Source of the DNA: Candidatus Caldarchaeum sp.
Lineage (GTDB): Archaea; Thermoproteota; Nitrososphaeria_A; Caldarchaeales; Caldarchaeaceae
Length of the DNA stretch: 20,942 nt
Assembly (NCBI GenBank): GCA_038885755.1
Contig: JAVZZH010000008.1
Coordinates: 1-20,942 of the forward strand
Direction of reading: 5' to 3'
Made by a program: the position numbers and the translations under genes. Positions 7,732 through 15,687 of this stretch are shown piece by piece. Under the pieces are notes generated by a model. It searched no databases. It was not told the DNA's origin and saw only the letters and a program-made list of their open reading frames with translations. Positions within the stretch are counted from its first letter, which is position 1; each line of letters begins with the position of its first letter.

Positions 7732-8733
7732 ATGTTGAAGGTTGCGGTGGCGGGCGCAGGGTTCTGGGGTGTAAACCACCTCAGAGTTTTGAAAGAGCTG
7801 CCAGACTGCGAGCTTGTTGCTGTATGCGACCTCGACATAGGACGAGCCGAGAAAGCAGCCAATCGGTTCGGAGTGGCCTCGTTCTTCAAAGACTTGGACG
7901 ACATGCTGAAAACAGCCAAGCCTGACGCCGTCACAATCTGCACGCCTTCAACAACACACGCACCCATAGCTCTAAAGCTGCTCGAAGCCGGCTGCGACAT
8001 CCTGATAGAGAAGCCCATGTCGACGAACGTCGAGGAGGCCGCCAAAATCATAGAGCAGGCTGAAAGAACAGGCAGAACGGTGATGGTCGGCTTCATAGAG
8101 AGGTTTAACCCCGCTGTCCAGCAAGCCCACAAACTCATCTCCGGAGGAGAGATAGGCGAAGTGCTATTGATGTACAGCCGCAGGATAGGCTCATGGCCCG
8201 AGAGAATAGGAGACACAGGAGTCGTGAAGGACACAGCCATACACGACATAGACCTCGCCGGCTGGATTCTTAACGAGGTTCCGGAGACGGTTTACGCCAA
8301 GTGTGGAAAGCTACGGCACAGCCACGAAGACCATGCTCAGGTCTTCCTATCGTATGGAGAGAGGCGGAGCGCCTTGATGGAGGCAAACTGGCTGACTCCA
8401 CGCAAGAAGAGGGAGATGCACATCACAGGCGAGAAAGGAGTAGTTTCGGTGAGGTTCATAGAGCAGGAGCTGGTCGTTGAAAAAGCTGAACAGCTGACAA
8501 TCCCCAACATACCCTATTCAGAGCCCTTGAAGCGGGAGCTGGCGCACTTCATAGAATGCATCCATACAGGTCGCCAGCCCCTCGTAACCGCTTTCGACGG
8601 CTTCAAAGCCATCTTCATAGCTGAATGCATACTGATGTCTTCCGAAACAAACAAACCCGTCAAAATAGCTGAAGCCGCTCAAAAACTCAAAATACCCTAC
8701 CGCCTGCTGGGGGATGGGGCCGCCCGGATTTGA
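7732..8733 (+). CDS. Gfo/Idh/MocA oxidoreductase, probable UDP-sugar 3-dehydrogenase (WlbA/GnnA-like)
   Basis: GAGFWG, IEKP, GFIERFNP, DTAIHDID and ANWLTPRKKR motifs. The ATG at 7732 is preferred over the TTG at 7729. Confidence 0.88.
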   Translation: MLKVAVAGAGFWGVNHLRVLKELPDCELVAVCDLDIGRAEKAANRFGVASFFKDLDDMLKTAKPDAVTICTPSTTHAPIALKLLEAGCDILIEKPMSTNVEEAAKIIEQAERTGRTVMVGFIERFNPAVQQAHKLISGGEIGEVLLMYSRRIGSWPERIGDTGVVKDTAIHDIDLAGWILNEVPETVYAKCGKLRHSHEDHAQVFLSYGERRSALMEANWLTPRKKREMHITGEKGVVSVRFIEQELVVEKAEQLTIPNIPYSEPLKRELAHFIECIHTGRQPLVTAFDGFKAIFIAECILMSSETNKPVKIAEAAQKLKIPYRLLGDGAARI

Positions 8734-8790
8734 ACCGGGGACCTCGCGGGCCCGAGCCGCGCATCTTAGACCAAGCTGGACCACGGCCCC
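8715..8790 (-). tRNA. tRNA-Pro (anticodon CGG), intronless, no encoded CCA
   Basis: GGGGCCG/CGGCCCC+A acceptor stem; anticodon arm CGCGG-CT-CGG-GC-CCGCG; T arm CCCGG-TTCAAAT-CCGGG; TATTAAG-like promoter at about 8816-8823. Confidence 0.97.
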
Positions 8791-8830
8791 TTCGTCCCAG
8801 TAGGTTAGCCGAGGTCTTAATAGGTTTGTT

Positions 8831-9514
8831 TCAATAGGTTATTATCTCCAGGCCGTGATCACCTATCTGGAACTCGCTCCACTCTGCTAGGTGTTTGACT
8901 CCTCGCATGAACCTTATCCTCATGAACCTTCGGAGGTTTCCACCCATGTCCTCTAGAGTCATCTCGACGACTCCGTCTGACAGAGAGTAGAGTAAGTTTG
9001 TTAGTTTTTGGTCGAGGATCTCGGGCACGATTATGGAGATTCCCGTGGCTTTGTTTCTTCTGACGTCGGAAGCCACGCCTTGGTAGAACTTGAAGGCGGT
9101 CTCGGAGGGGACGTAGGCTAGCAGCGTGCTGAGGTCGTCCACGACTAGTAGATAGTTTTGAGAGAATTCTGCAGCCTCTAGGAGGGTTTGACGGATTTGA
9201 AGTAGGCTTGCCTCGGGGCTGACGCTGAACCTTGCCGGGGATGATTCCTCACCCCCAGTGTGGCAGTCAACCAGAACGAGTGAATTTCTTTCTAGGCTGT
9301 CGATGAAATCGACCGAGATGGACCTGGCCATTTCCAAGAACGTCTGGGGCGCCATGGTTGTTAGAGCATAGACGCACTTCTTGCCTCTCTTCAGAGCCCG
9401 GTCAACTGCTTGAATAGAGAGCAGCGTCTTCCCGACACCGTTCGGGCCCGTGATTATCAACGAGCCGGTTTTTGAGTTCAGAAGCGAGAGAACATCCTCA
9501 ATTCCGAGCCTCAT
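8831..9514 (-). CDS. Single-domain KaiC/RAD55-like ATPase (RecA superfamily), atypical
   Basis: Walker A GPNGVGKT, LVDCH, Walker B LLVVDDLST, SLSDGVVEM, RRFMRIRFMRGVKH and FQIGDHGLEI. Confidence 0.87.
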   Translation of the reverse strand: MRLGIEDVLSLLNSKTGSLIITGPNGVGKTLLSIQAVDRALKRGKKCVYALTTMAPQTFLEMARSISVDFIDSLERNSLVLVDCHTGGEESSPARFSVSPEASLLQIRQTLLEAAEFSQNYLLVVDDLSTLLAYVPSETAFKFYQGVASDVRRNKATGISIIVPEILDQKLTNLLYSLSDGVVEMTLEDMGGNLRRFMRIRFMRGVKHLAEWSEFQIGDHGLEIITY

Positions 9515-9836
9515 TCTTGCCCACTCTCTTGAAAGGCTTGTTCAGCGAAAGCTTCCTCCAGTCGCGAAGCAGCTGCCAGAAAGCCGCCGTCAAGAGCACT
9601 AGGAAGAGCAGGCCTGACAAGGTCTCCAGACTCACAGGTAGGAATGGCACTCTACTGCTTAGGTTGAGCAGCGCAGCCCCCCTCCCGCCTATGGAGACTA
9701 GGGCGGCTGCTATTAAGATTTTAAAGAACCTGCTGAAGATTCCGAGGCTGAGGTCTTTGAGGAGGCCGTAGACTAGGACGGCGAACACCATGGTTAGAAC
9801 GAAGCTGATGAGAACCAGCAGGAACTCTACGTCCAC
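9498..9836 (-). CDS. Small 3-TM membrane protein
   Basis: Three hydrophobic segments and a basic C-terminal tail; overlaps the KaiC-like gene by 17 nt. Confidence 0.8.
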   Translation of the reverse strand: MDVEFLLVLISFVLTMVFAVLVYGLLKDLSLGIFSRFFKILIAAALVSIGGRGAALLNLSSRVPFLPVSLETLSGLLFLVLLTAAFWQLLRDWRKLSLNKPFKRVGKNEARN

Positions 9837-9851
9837 TGAGATACACCCCGG

Positions 9852-12356
9852 CTAAAGCCTACCCTTCAGCCTTTTACCTTTTCGTTTAAGCAGAACCTGT
9901 CTAACGACGAGAGCTGTGAGAGCCGCTGCCGAAACTAGCACGACTGGAGTTATGAAGATCGCCAGCTCAAGCAGGGAAAGCGATTGGCCGGCGAACCTTA
10001 AGGCCACAGGCATCACGACTCTGAGGCTGGTGTCCGACTGGACGACGACGCTTCTCTCCACCTGCTTGGAGCCGAGAGAGACCCTCACCGTATATTGTCC
10101 GGGAGGCAGGCCGGAGAAGGATGCGCTGGATCCGTCGATTCTGTGCACGAGAACATCCTGCCTAAGCAGCTCGATGGTTGCTTGGAGATGGTTGTCTAGC
10201 TCGTCGACCACCTCGACCTCAAGCCTGTGGAAGGCTAGCGTGATCGACGTCGACCTGCCTGCGTAGGCTGTGCCCGATGCTGCCGGCAACCCCTTGAAGG
10301 TCGCGGTGAACCTGTAGCCGCCTACAGGCTTGGGGCCGAGGCGGACGACTCCCTCTTCGTCGACGACGGCGTTGCCGACGCCCTCAACCTCAACCTGAAG
10401 GTCTTCGACGGGCCTGCCCTGCTGGTCTCTGAAAACAATCACCACCAACCCGATCTCAACGACCACGTTCTGGGGGCTGGTCGACTCGACACTTCCCTCG
10501 AAAACCTTCGACCCGTCGAAGAACACGGTAAGTGAATGAACGCCTGCTGGAACTTGGTCGAAAACGACGCTGCCGTTCAGGAACTCCCTCGTCTGGTTCA
10601 GACCATCCACTCTCAGAATGGCTAGACCACGAGGAACGCTTGAACCGTCAACCCCCGCAAATCTAATCTGCAGGTCTCTAATCCTAGCGGTAAGGACGGG
10701 GGCTGAGGCTGGAGAAAGCTCAACCTCGGTGTCGAGAACCTGATGGTCTTGCCAGAAGGCTTCAACCACATACATGCCGGGCGTGATGTCTTGGATGGTG
10801 AAAGCTCCTGAAACTCCTTCGACCTGTTTGCCGTCGACCAAGATCTTGGTCAGGGGTGATTGCTTGCCGTCCTCCGTGAACGTCCTCAAAACAGCGTCGA
10901 AGACGTTGACTGTTATCGTGTGTTCGCCGTGCTGCCGCGGTATGCTGAACTGGTAAGTGCCGGCGGTCGCCTCCGCTTGCTTGACCCAGTTGTATGCTTT
11001 GACCGTGATGTTGTAGGTTCCTCTTGGAAGTCTGGAGAAAACCGCTACGTCCGCGGCTTCTATTGTTTCGTCGAAAGGCGTGATTGTGAGCTTGACGCTT
11101 GACGTCAGCGGCTTGTCGCCGTGTTTTCTAAGCTTCAGAACTAGGTCGCCGACGTCGGCTTTGACGTCTAGCTCGCCTCCGGGGCTGTAGAGGACGAGCG
11201 GCTCGTCGACAGCCATGCTTCCCGCGCAAACCTCCACACCTCTCCAGAAACACTTCACCTCGTAGCGTCCCTTCGGAACATTCTTGAAAACAGCCTCCCC
11301 GTTCACAGCCGTCTTCGCAACCTTGCCCAACCGCACCTCTGCGTCCAAAGGCCTTGAAGCAAGGTCTGAAACCTTGACACGGGCCTCGAAGAGGGTTGTC
11401 GTGACGAAGCCCGTGCGAGCTAGGTCGACGAGTATGGGGAAAGACTGTCTGACCATCAAGACTTCCTCGGAGTAAGGCGAGGGGTAGAAGACCCTCAGGC
11501 GGTAGACCGTGTCCTGCAAACGGCGTATGGTTGCAACGCCCTCGTCATCGGTTTGGACTGTATACGATGCTTGGACGCCTGGAAGGGTGGACTCGAAGAG
11601 AAGCGCTGCGCCCGGCACCGGGTTGGTAGCCCAGTTATCGAGAACCCTTATCCTGAACGTTCTGTATGGAAGGATGTTGACGTAGTCTAGGTCGGTGGCT
11701 ATCGTTAACGGCCCGATGACCCTGCCGTCGTCAGACTTGAACACGGCCTTGAGCCTCAGGTCTGCTTTGAGCCTTCCAACGGGGATGTCGGGCTTAGGGT
11801 TGAGAGTCATGTTGACGGCTGTGTCTGTGATCTTGCCGAGGATGATTCCGGACGGGGTGGGGTAGACGATGGCTGGCCCGTCATATCCCGAGACCCATAT
11901 TTGGAACTCGGTGATGTTGAAGACTCCCGGCTCGAAGTTTCTCAGCCTTATCAGAGCCCATCCAGACCCTCCTGCGTGCACGTCGCCCTGCCACATCTGA
12001 ACAGTCGCGGTTATTCTCCAGAACCCCGCCTCCTCGGCGTTGAGGCATGCTTGGAAAACCTCTCCGAGAGAGAACCGCCTCGTCCCGGCCGATATGCTGT
12101 AGCCCGAGGCAGTTATGTAGTAGTTGTAAAACCATTCGAAAACCTGTAGAGTCGCTATACCTGTGGCGTTCGTCAACCCGCTCGCCCGGTGAGTAGGGTT
12201 GTCGAGGTTCACCGAAGCACCCACTACAGGGTTTCCGTTCCCGCAGTCAACAACACGGACGTAGACTGTTCCGAACGGAGTTCCCGCGGGGATAGGGTCG
12301 ACGGCCGCTGCCGCCGGCAGCATCAGCAAAACCACGAGGAGAACAGGCCTCATCAT
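9852..12356 (-). CDS. Membrane-anchored surface protein with about 8 carboxypeptidase-regulatory-like/prealbumin-like beta-sandwich repeats
   Basis: Signal peptide (MMRPVLLVVLLMLPAAAA). Repeats begin VYVRVVDCGNGNPVVGASV, FRIRVLDNWATNPVPGA, ARVKVSDLASRPL, VVIVFRDQQGRPVEDLQV and LEVEVVDELDNHL, with recurring F..lP.G.Y.v motifs. C-terminal TM followed by KRKGKRLKGRL. Confidence 0.85.
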   Translation of the reverse strand: MMRPVLLVVLLMLPAAAAVDPIPAGTPFGTVYVRVVDCGNGNPVVGASVNLDNPTHRASGLTNATGIATLQVFEWFYNYYITASGYSISAGTRRFSLGEVFQACLNAEEAGFWRITATVQMWQGDVHAGGSGWALIRLRNFEPGVFNITEFQIWVSGYDGPAIVYPTPSGIILGKITDTAVNMTLNPKPDIPVGRLKADLRLKAVFKSDDGRVIGPLTIATDLDYVNILPYRTFRIRVLDNWATNPVPGAALLFESTLPGVQASYTVQTDDEGVATIRRLQDTVYRLRVFYPSPYSEEVLMVRQSFPILVDLARTGFVTTTLFEARVKVSDLASRPLDAEVRLGKVAKTAVNGEAVFKNVPKGRYEVKCFWRGVEVCAGSMAVDEPLVLYSPGGELDVKADVGDLVLKLRKHGDKPLTSSVKLTITPFDETIEAADVAVFSRLPRGTYNITVKAYNWVKQAEATAGTYQFSIPRQHGEHTITVNVFDAVLRTFTEDGKQSPLTKILVDGKQVEGVSGAFTIQDITPGMYVVEAFWQDHQVLDTEVELSPASAPVLTARIRDLQIRFAGVDGSSVPRGLAILRVDGLNQTREFLNGSVVFDQVPAGVHSLTVFFDGSKVFEGSVESTSPQNVVVEIGLVVIVFRDQQGRPVEDLQVEVEGVGNAVVDEEGVVRLGPKPVGGYRFTATFKGLPAASGTAYAGRSTSITLAFHRLEVEVVDELDNHLQATIELLRQDVLVHRIDGSSASFSGLPPGQYTVRVSLGSKQVERSVVVQSDTSLRVVMPVALRFAGQSLSLLELAIFITPVVLVSAAALTALVVRQVLLKRKGKRLKGRL

Positions 12357-12376
12357 CGCCTTGACTTACGCTGGTC

Positions 12377-12410
12377 ATAATATATTCTTTAGAACCTGCA
12401 ACGCTTATAT
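12377..12410. promoter_or_regulatory. Divergent TATA boxes for the surface-protein operon and the E1 alpha gene
   Basis: Minus AATATATTAT (12377-12386, the same 10-mer as in the tRNA-Arg promoter) and plus TTATAT (12405-12410), each 20-30 nt upstream of a start codon. Confidence 0.55.
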
Positions 12411-12436
12411 CAGCCTGACGCCTCTCAGCATCAGTA

Positions 12437-13486
12437 ATGTATCAAGTCCTCTCGGAGGAGGGAGAGCCTGTCGAGGGTTTTAGCCTCAGGCCGGGTCTGC
12501 TTCTCTCTATGTATAGAGACATGGTCTTGTCGAGGGTTCTGGACCGTTGGCTTTTCCGTCTCCAGCGGATGGGGAGGATTGGCATTCACGCGCCGGCCGA
12601 GGGACAGGAAGGCATATACGTAGGGTCGGCCTACGCCTTGGAGAAAGAGGACTGGATCTTTCCCCTCTACCGTGAGCTGCCCGTCTACGTTGCGAGAAAG
12701 GTTCCGTTGGAGCGGCTGCTCAACCGGTTCTTCTCCAACTCGGGCGACCCTTTGAAGGGACATGACTTCGCAGTCTTCGGCTCTAGGGAACATAGAGTTG
12801 TCGCAGCACCCATAGCTGTATCACTCCACATTCCGTCGGCGGTCGGGTTCGCCATGGCTCTCAAAATGAGGAAGGCAGGCCATGTTGTGGTCAACTACTT
12901 TGGAGACGGAGCAACCTCTAGGGGCGACTTCCACGAAGCCCTCAATTTCGCAGGCGTCTTCAAGCCTCCAATCGTCTTCTTCTGCGTCAACAACCACTAC
13001 TCCATATCCCTGCCTCTGTCTCGTCAGACCGCCTCAAAGACTCTAGCCGAGAAGGCTGTGGCTTACGGGCTCGAGGGCTTGAGGGTGAACGGGAACGACG
13101 TGGCAGCCTGCTATGTTGCTGGTGGCAGGGCTGTTGAGAAAGCTAGGAGAGGGGAGGGGCCGACGCTGGTCGAGGCTCTTACATACAGGATCGGGCCTCA
13201 CACGACGGCCGACGACCCGGCGCGATACCGGAGCGTTGAAGAGGTTGAGAGCTGGAAGGCGAGAGACCCTTTGAAGCGGGTGAAGGCTTTCTTGGTCAAC
13301 CAAGGTATATGGAGCGAGAAGGAGGACACAGACATGTGGAGGGGCTGCGAAAAGACCGTCGAGGAAGCCGTCGAGAAATGCAGCAGAGTGCCGCCGCTGA
13401 AGCCCACATCCATTCTAGAAGACGTCTACGGAGAGGCTCCCTGGAACCTACGTGAAGCGGTGGAAGAACTTACTCAGCTGGAGTGA
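12437..13486 (+). CDS. pdhA: 2-oxoacid dehydrogenase E1 alpha subunit (pyruvate/branched-chain type)
   Basis: LQRMGRI, GQEG, PLYRE, the TPP motif GDGATSRGDFHEALNFA...NNHYSIS, and YRIGPHTTADDPARYR. Substrate class is uncertain. Confidence 0.92.
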   Translation: MYQVLSEEGEPVEGFSLRPGLLLSMYRDMVLSRVLDRWLFRLQRMGRIGIHAPAEGQEGIYVGSAYALEKEDWIFPLYRELPVYVARKVPLERLLNRFFSNSGDPLKGHDFAVFGSREHRVVAAPIAVSLHIPSAVGFAMALKMRKAGHVVVNYFGDGATSRGDFHEALNFAGVFKPPIVFFCVNNHYSISLPLSRQTASKTLAEKAVAYGLEGLRVNGNDVAACYVAGGRAVEKARRGEGPTLVEALTYRIGPHTTADDPARYRSVEEVESWKARDPLKRVKAFLVNQGIWSEKEDTDMWRGCEKTVEEAVEKCSRVPPLKPTSILEDVYGEAPWNLREAVEELTQLE

Positions 13487-13877
13487 ACCACTTGATGTCG
13501 AGCACGCTGCCCACCCGCTGTTCGTGGAAAACAGGCCTGACCTTCAACCCTTTAGAGGGCTTCGCTGACGGGTCGAGTCTATGCAGCAGGCCTCCGGCGG
13601 CGCCTTCAAACTTTACGAAGACCCAGACGACCGGATCAGTCCTAGACCCGTCCAAACCCACCTCGCAGCTCGTGTAGGCATCTACGAAGCCGACGGGCTC
13701 CACCTCCACGTATTCGTCCAAGGGCTTCATGCATTCGAGGCAGTAGGACTTGGGCGGTATTCTGCGGGCCCCACACCTCCTGCAGAGGCTGGCAGTCAGC
13801 TTGCCGTGCTTCAAACCTTTTAGGAATCTCGAGAGCCCTACTCCGGCTGGATACTCGTAGTAGGAGTCTATGCTCAC
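13470..13877 (-). CDS. DUF35 family Zn-ribbon + OB-fold protein
   Basis: SRFLKGLKHGKL, CRRC..PPKSYCLEC, GLLHRL and VRPVF...RVGSVLDIKWF; GTGA overlap with the upstream gene. Confidence 0.92.
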   Translation of the reverse strand: MSIDSYYEYPAGVGLSRFLKGLKHGKLTASLCRRCGARRIPPKSYCLECMKPLDEYVEVEPVGFVDAYTSCEVGLDGSRTDPVVWVFVKFEGAAGGLLHRLDPSAKPSKGLKVRPVFHEQRVGSVLDIKWFTPAE

Positions 13878-14533
13878 CCCGAGCCACCTGCAGGCCTGAA
13901 GTATTTTATGTCGAGAATGCTTCCAACCCTATTCTCGGCAGGCTTCCACAGAGGCTTTACACGCATCCCAATCCTCACCTCTTCAGGGCTTACTTCATCC
14001 AGCCTGTGCAGCAGCCCTGCGGCGTGCATGACTGCTCGCGACGACGACGGCTTGTTCAGCGTATCCTCCAGCCAAACCACCGCAACCACCATGGGCTTCT
14101 CAAGCCTCACTCCGGGGTCTGTTCCGACGTGGGCGACGGAGTAGGTCGCGACGACTCCTTCGCCTGCATGCTCCTCCCATAAATCCACGTCTCTGAAACA
14201 GAGCTCGCAGAAGACTCTCGGAGGAACCATGAGCCGTCGGCATCCACTACACCGTGTTCCAAGAATGACGCCGTCCTTCAGACCCTGAAGGAAACGGCTG
14301 TAGGCCTTCCCCGGCACGTGCCTGTAATCGCAGGCTATTCTCCAGTAGGTTAGGAATAGGCTTTCAACCCGCCAGTCCGTGAAGTCTGTGAACTTCTTCG
14401 AGAGAGCGGAGCTCCACCCCTCGGCCCGGCCAGCTACCCTGTCCAAGCCAAGGCCTCTTATGTATCTAGCCACGTCGTCGGATAGCTGGCCTAGGTATTC
14501 TTCTTTAAACCTTGCCGGAGCTACTTTGTTCAT
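13874..14533 (-). CDS. DUF35 family Zn-ribbon + OB-fold protein with an N-terminal extension (219 aa)
   Basis: SRFLQGLKDG, CSGC..PPRVFCELC, GLLHRL and IGMRVKPLWKP..RVGSILDIKYF. Start moved to the ATG at 14533, which gives an ATGA overlap with the thiolase stop. Confidence 0.9.
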   Translation of the reverse strand: MNKVAPARFKEEYLGQLSDDVARYIRGLGLDRVAGRAEGWSSALSKKFTDFTDWRVESLFLTYWRIACDYRHVPGKAYSRFLQGLKDGVILGTRCSGCRRLMVPPRVFCELCFRDVDLWEEHAGEGVVATYSVAHVGTDPGVRLEKPMVVAVVWLEDTLNKPSSSRAVMHAAGLLHRLDEVSPEEVRIGMRVKPLWKPAENRVGSILDIKYFRPAGGSG

Positions 14534-15687
14534 GAACGGCAGACCACCACCTGACCAACCTGCATCAAGTCTCCCCACGCCTGAGCCACGCCGACGTAGG
14601 CGTTCGGGACCTGCCTCTTTCCAGCACGGCCGCTGAGCTGCCAGTAGAGCTCAGCCACCTTCATCAGCCCGGCGGCGGCTATAGGGTTGCCGACTCCCAG
14701 CAAGCCTCCCGACGGCGACGCGGGGACGTCTCCGTCTCTTTCCAGCTGTCCTTCGGCGAGGAGCTTGGGGGAGAGCCCGGGCTTGCCGAGGAGGGCGTCG
14801 AGGTGGTGGAGCTCCTTGTAGGTGAACGGGTCGTAGGGTTCGAAGACGTCTATCTCTTTGAGGGGGTTGGTGATTCCCGCCATCCTGTAGGCTTGCTGCG
14901 CCGCTAGGTAGACGTAGTAGGGGTAGGAGAGGTCCCGGTTGGTCCAGAACTGGCTGTCCAGACAAGAGCCGACTCCGTCTACCCAAACAGGCGTGTCGGT
15001 GACCTTCCTAGCTTCGTCCTCTGAGACGAACATCAACGCCACCGCTCCGTCCGACGTAGGGCTGATGTCCAGCCTGTTGACGGGCCAGACAAGAACCGGT
15101 GAGTTCAGGACGTCGTCGACGGTTATCCTGGCCCCTAGCTGGGCGTATGGATGGTCTAATGCGTTAGCTTTGTTCTTGACGGCCACCCGTGCGATGAGAT
15201 CCTTGCCAAGCCGATGCGCCTCCATGTATCTTCTCATCTCGAGGGCGAATATCCAGATGAGGTTGGGGCCGAGAGGCTGCTCGAGAACAGGGTCGAAGAT
15301 TGTCCTGAACAATCGCTGAGCATGGGGGTATGGATGGCTCATCTTCTCCCACGCCACTACAAGAACTCTGTCGAACAAGCCCGAGGCGACATGCCACCAT
15401 CCAGCCACGGCGCAGCCCACCCCTGTACCGCCGCCAACGTAAACCCTCGAGAACGGCTTGCACGTCGCCGCAGCGGGCTCAACAGCCAAAAGCCCCTTGT
15501 GATGGTATCCGTCGAAGGCGTCGGGAGCCGATCCAGCCACCACCGCCTCCACGTCGTCGAAGCTCATGCCGCAGTCGTCGAGGCATTTACTCACAGCCTC
15601 GAAAACCAACTCCTCCGAAGTCAACGGGCTCATGGAGCGGAAGTAAGTCATGCCAGCCCCGACGATGGCAACTCTCCGAACCATCAC
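14530..15687 (-). CDS. Thiolase-fold protein lacking the catalytic Cys, Ltp3-like (putative retro-aldolase subunit)
   Basis: GSAPDAFDG, RVYVGGGTG at the nucleophile loop, AWEKMS, SPTSDGA, EPYDPF and SGGLLGVGNPIAAAG. Confidence 0.85.
   Translation of the reverse strand: MMVRRVAIVGAGMTYFRSMSPLTSEELVFEAVSKCLDDCGMSFDDVEAVVAGSAPDAFDGYHHKGLLAVEPAAATCKPFSRVYVGGGTGVGCAVAGWWHVASGLFDRVLVVAWEKMSHPYPHAQRLFRTIFDPVLEQPLGPNLIWIFALEMRRYMEAHRLGKDLIARVAVKNKANALDHPYAQLGARITVDDVLNSPVLVWPVNRLDISPTSDGAVALMFVSEDEARKVTDTPVWVDGVGSCLDSQFWTNRDLSYPYYVYLAAQQAYRMAGITNPLKEIDVFEPYDPFTYKELHHLDALLGKPGLSPKLLAEGQLERDGDVPASPSGGLLGVGNPIAAAGLMKVAELYWQLSGRAGKRQVPNAYVGVAQAWGDLMQVGQVVVCRS

Noticed and set aside
2571-8790. Integrated mobile element between tRNA-Arg and tRNA-Pro
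   Set aside because: No integrase or transposase and no duplicated tRNA 3' end (att) were seen in the window; the genes look like core glycosylation functions.
9852-12356. DNA-level tandem repeats or a CRISPR-like array
   Set aside because: The repetition is visible only as diverged protein domains. I saw no regularly spaced nucleotide repeats here or elsewhere in the window.
12361-12429. Short palindromes TGAC-N8-GTCA and CTGA-N6-TCAG in the divergent promoter
   Set aside because: Arms of only 4 bp are expected by chance, and there is no regulator gene nearby to support them.
14534-14578. Extended start of the 234-aa DUF35 ORF
   Set aside because: It would overlap the thiolase by 49 nt; the ATG at 14533 gives the typical ATGA coupling.
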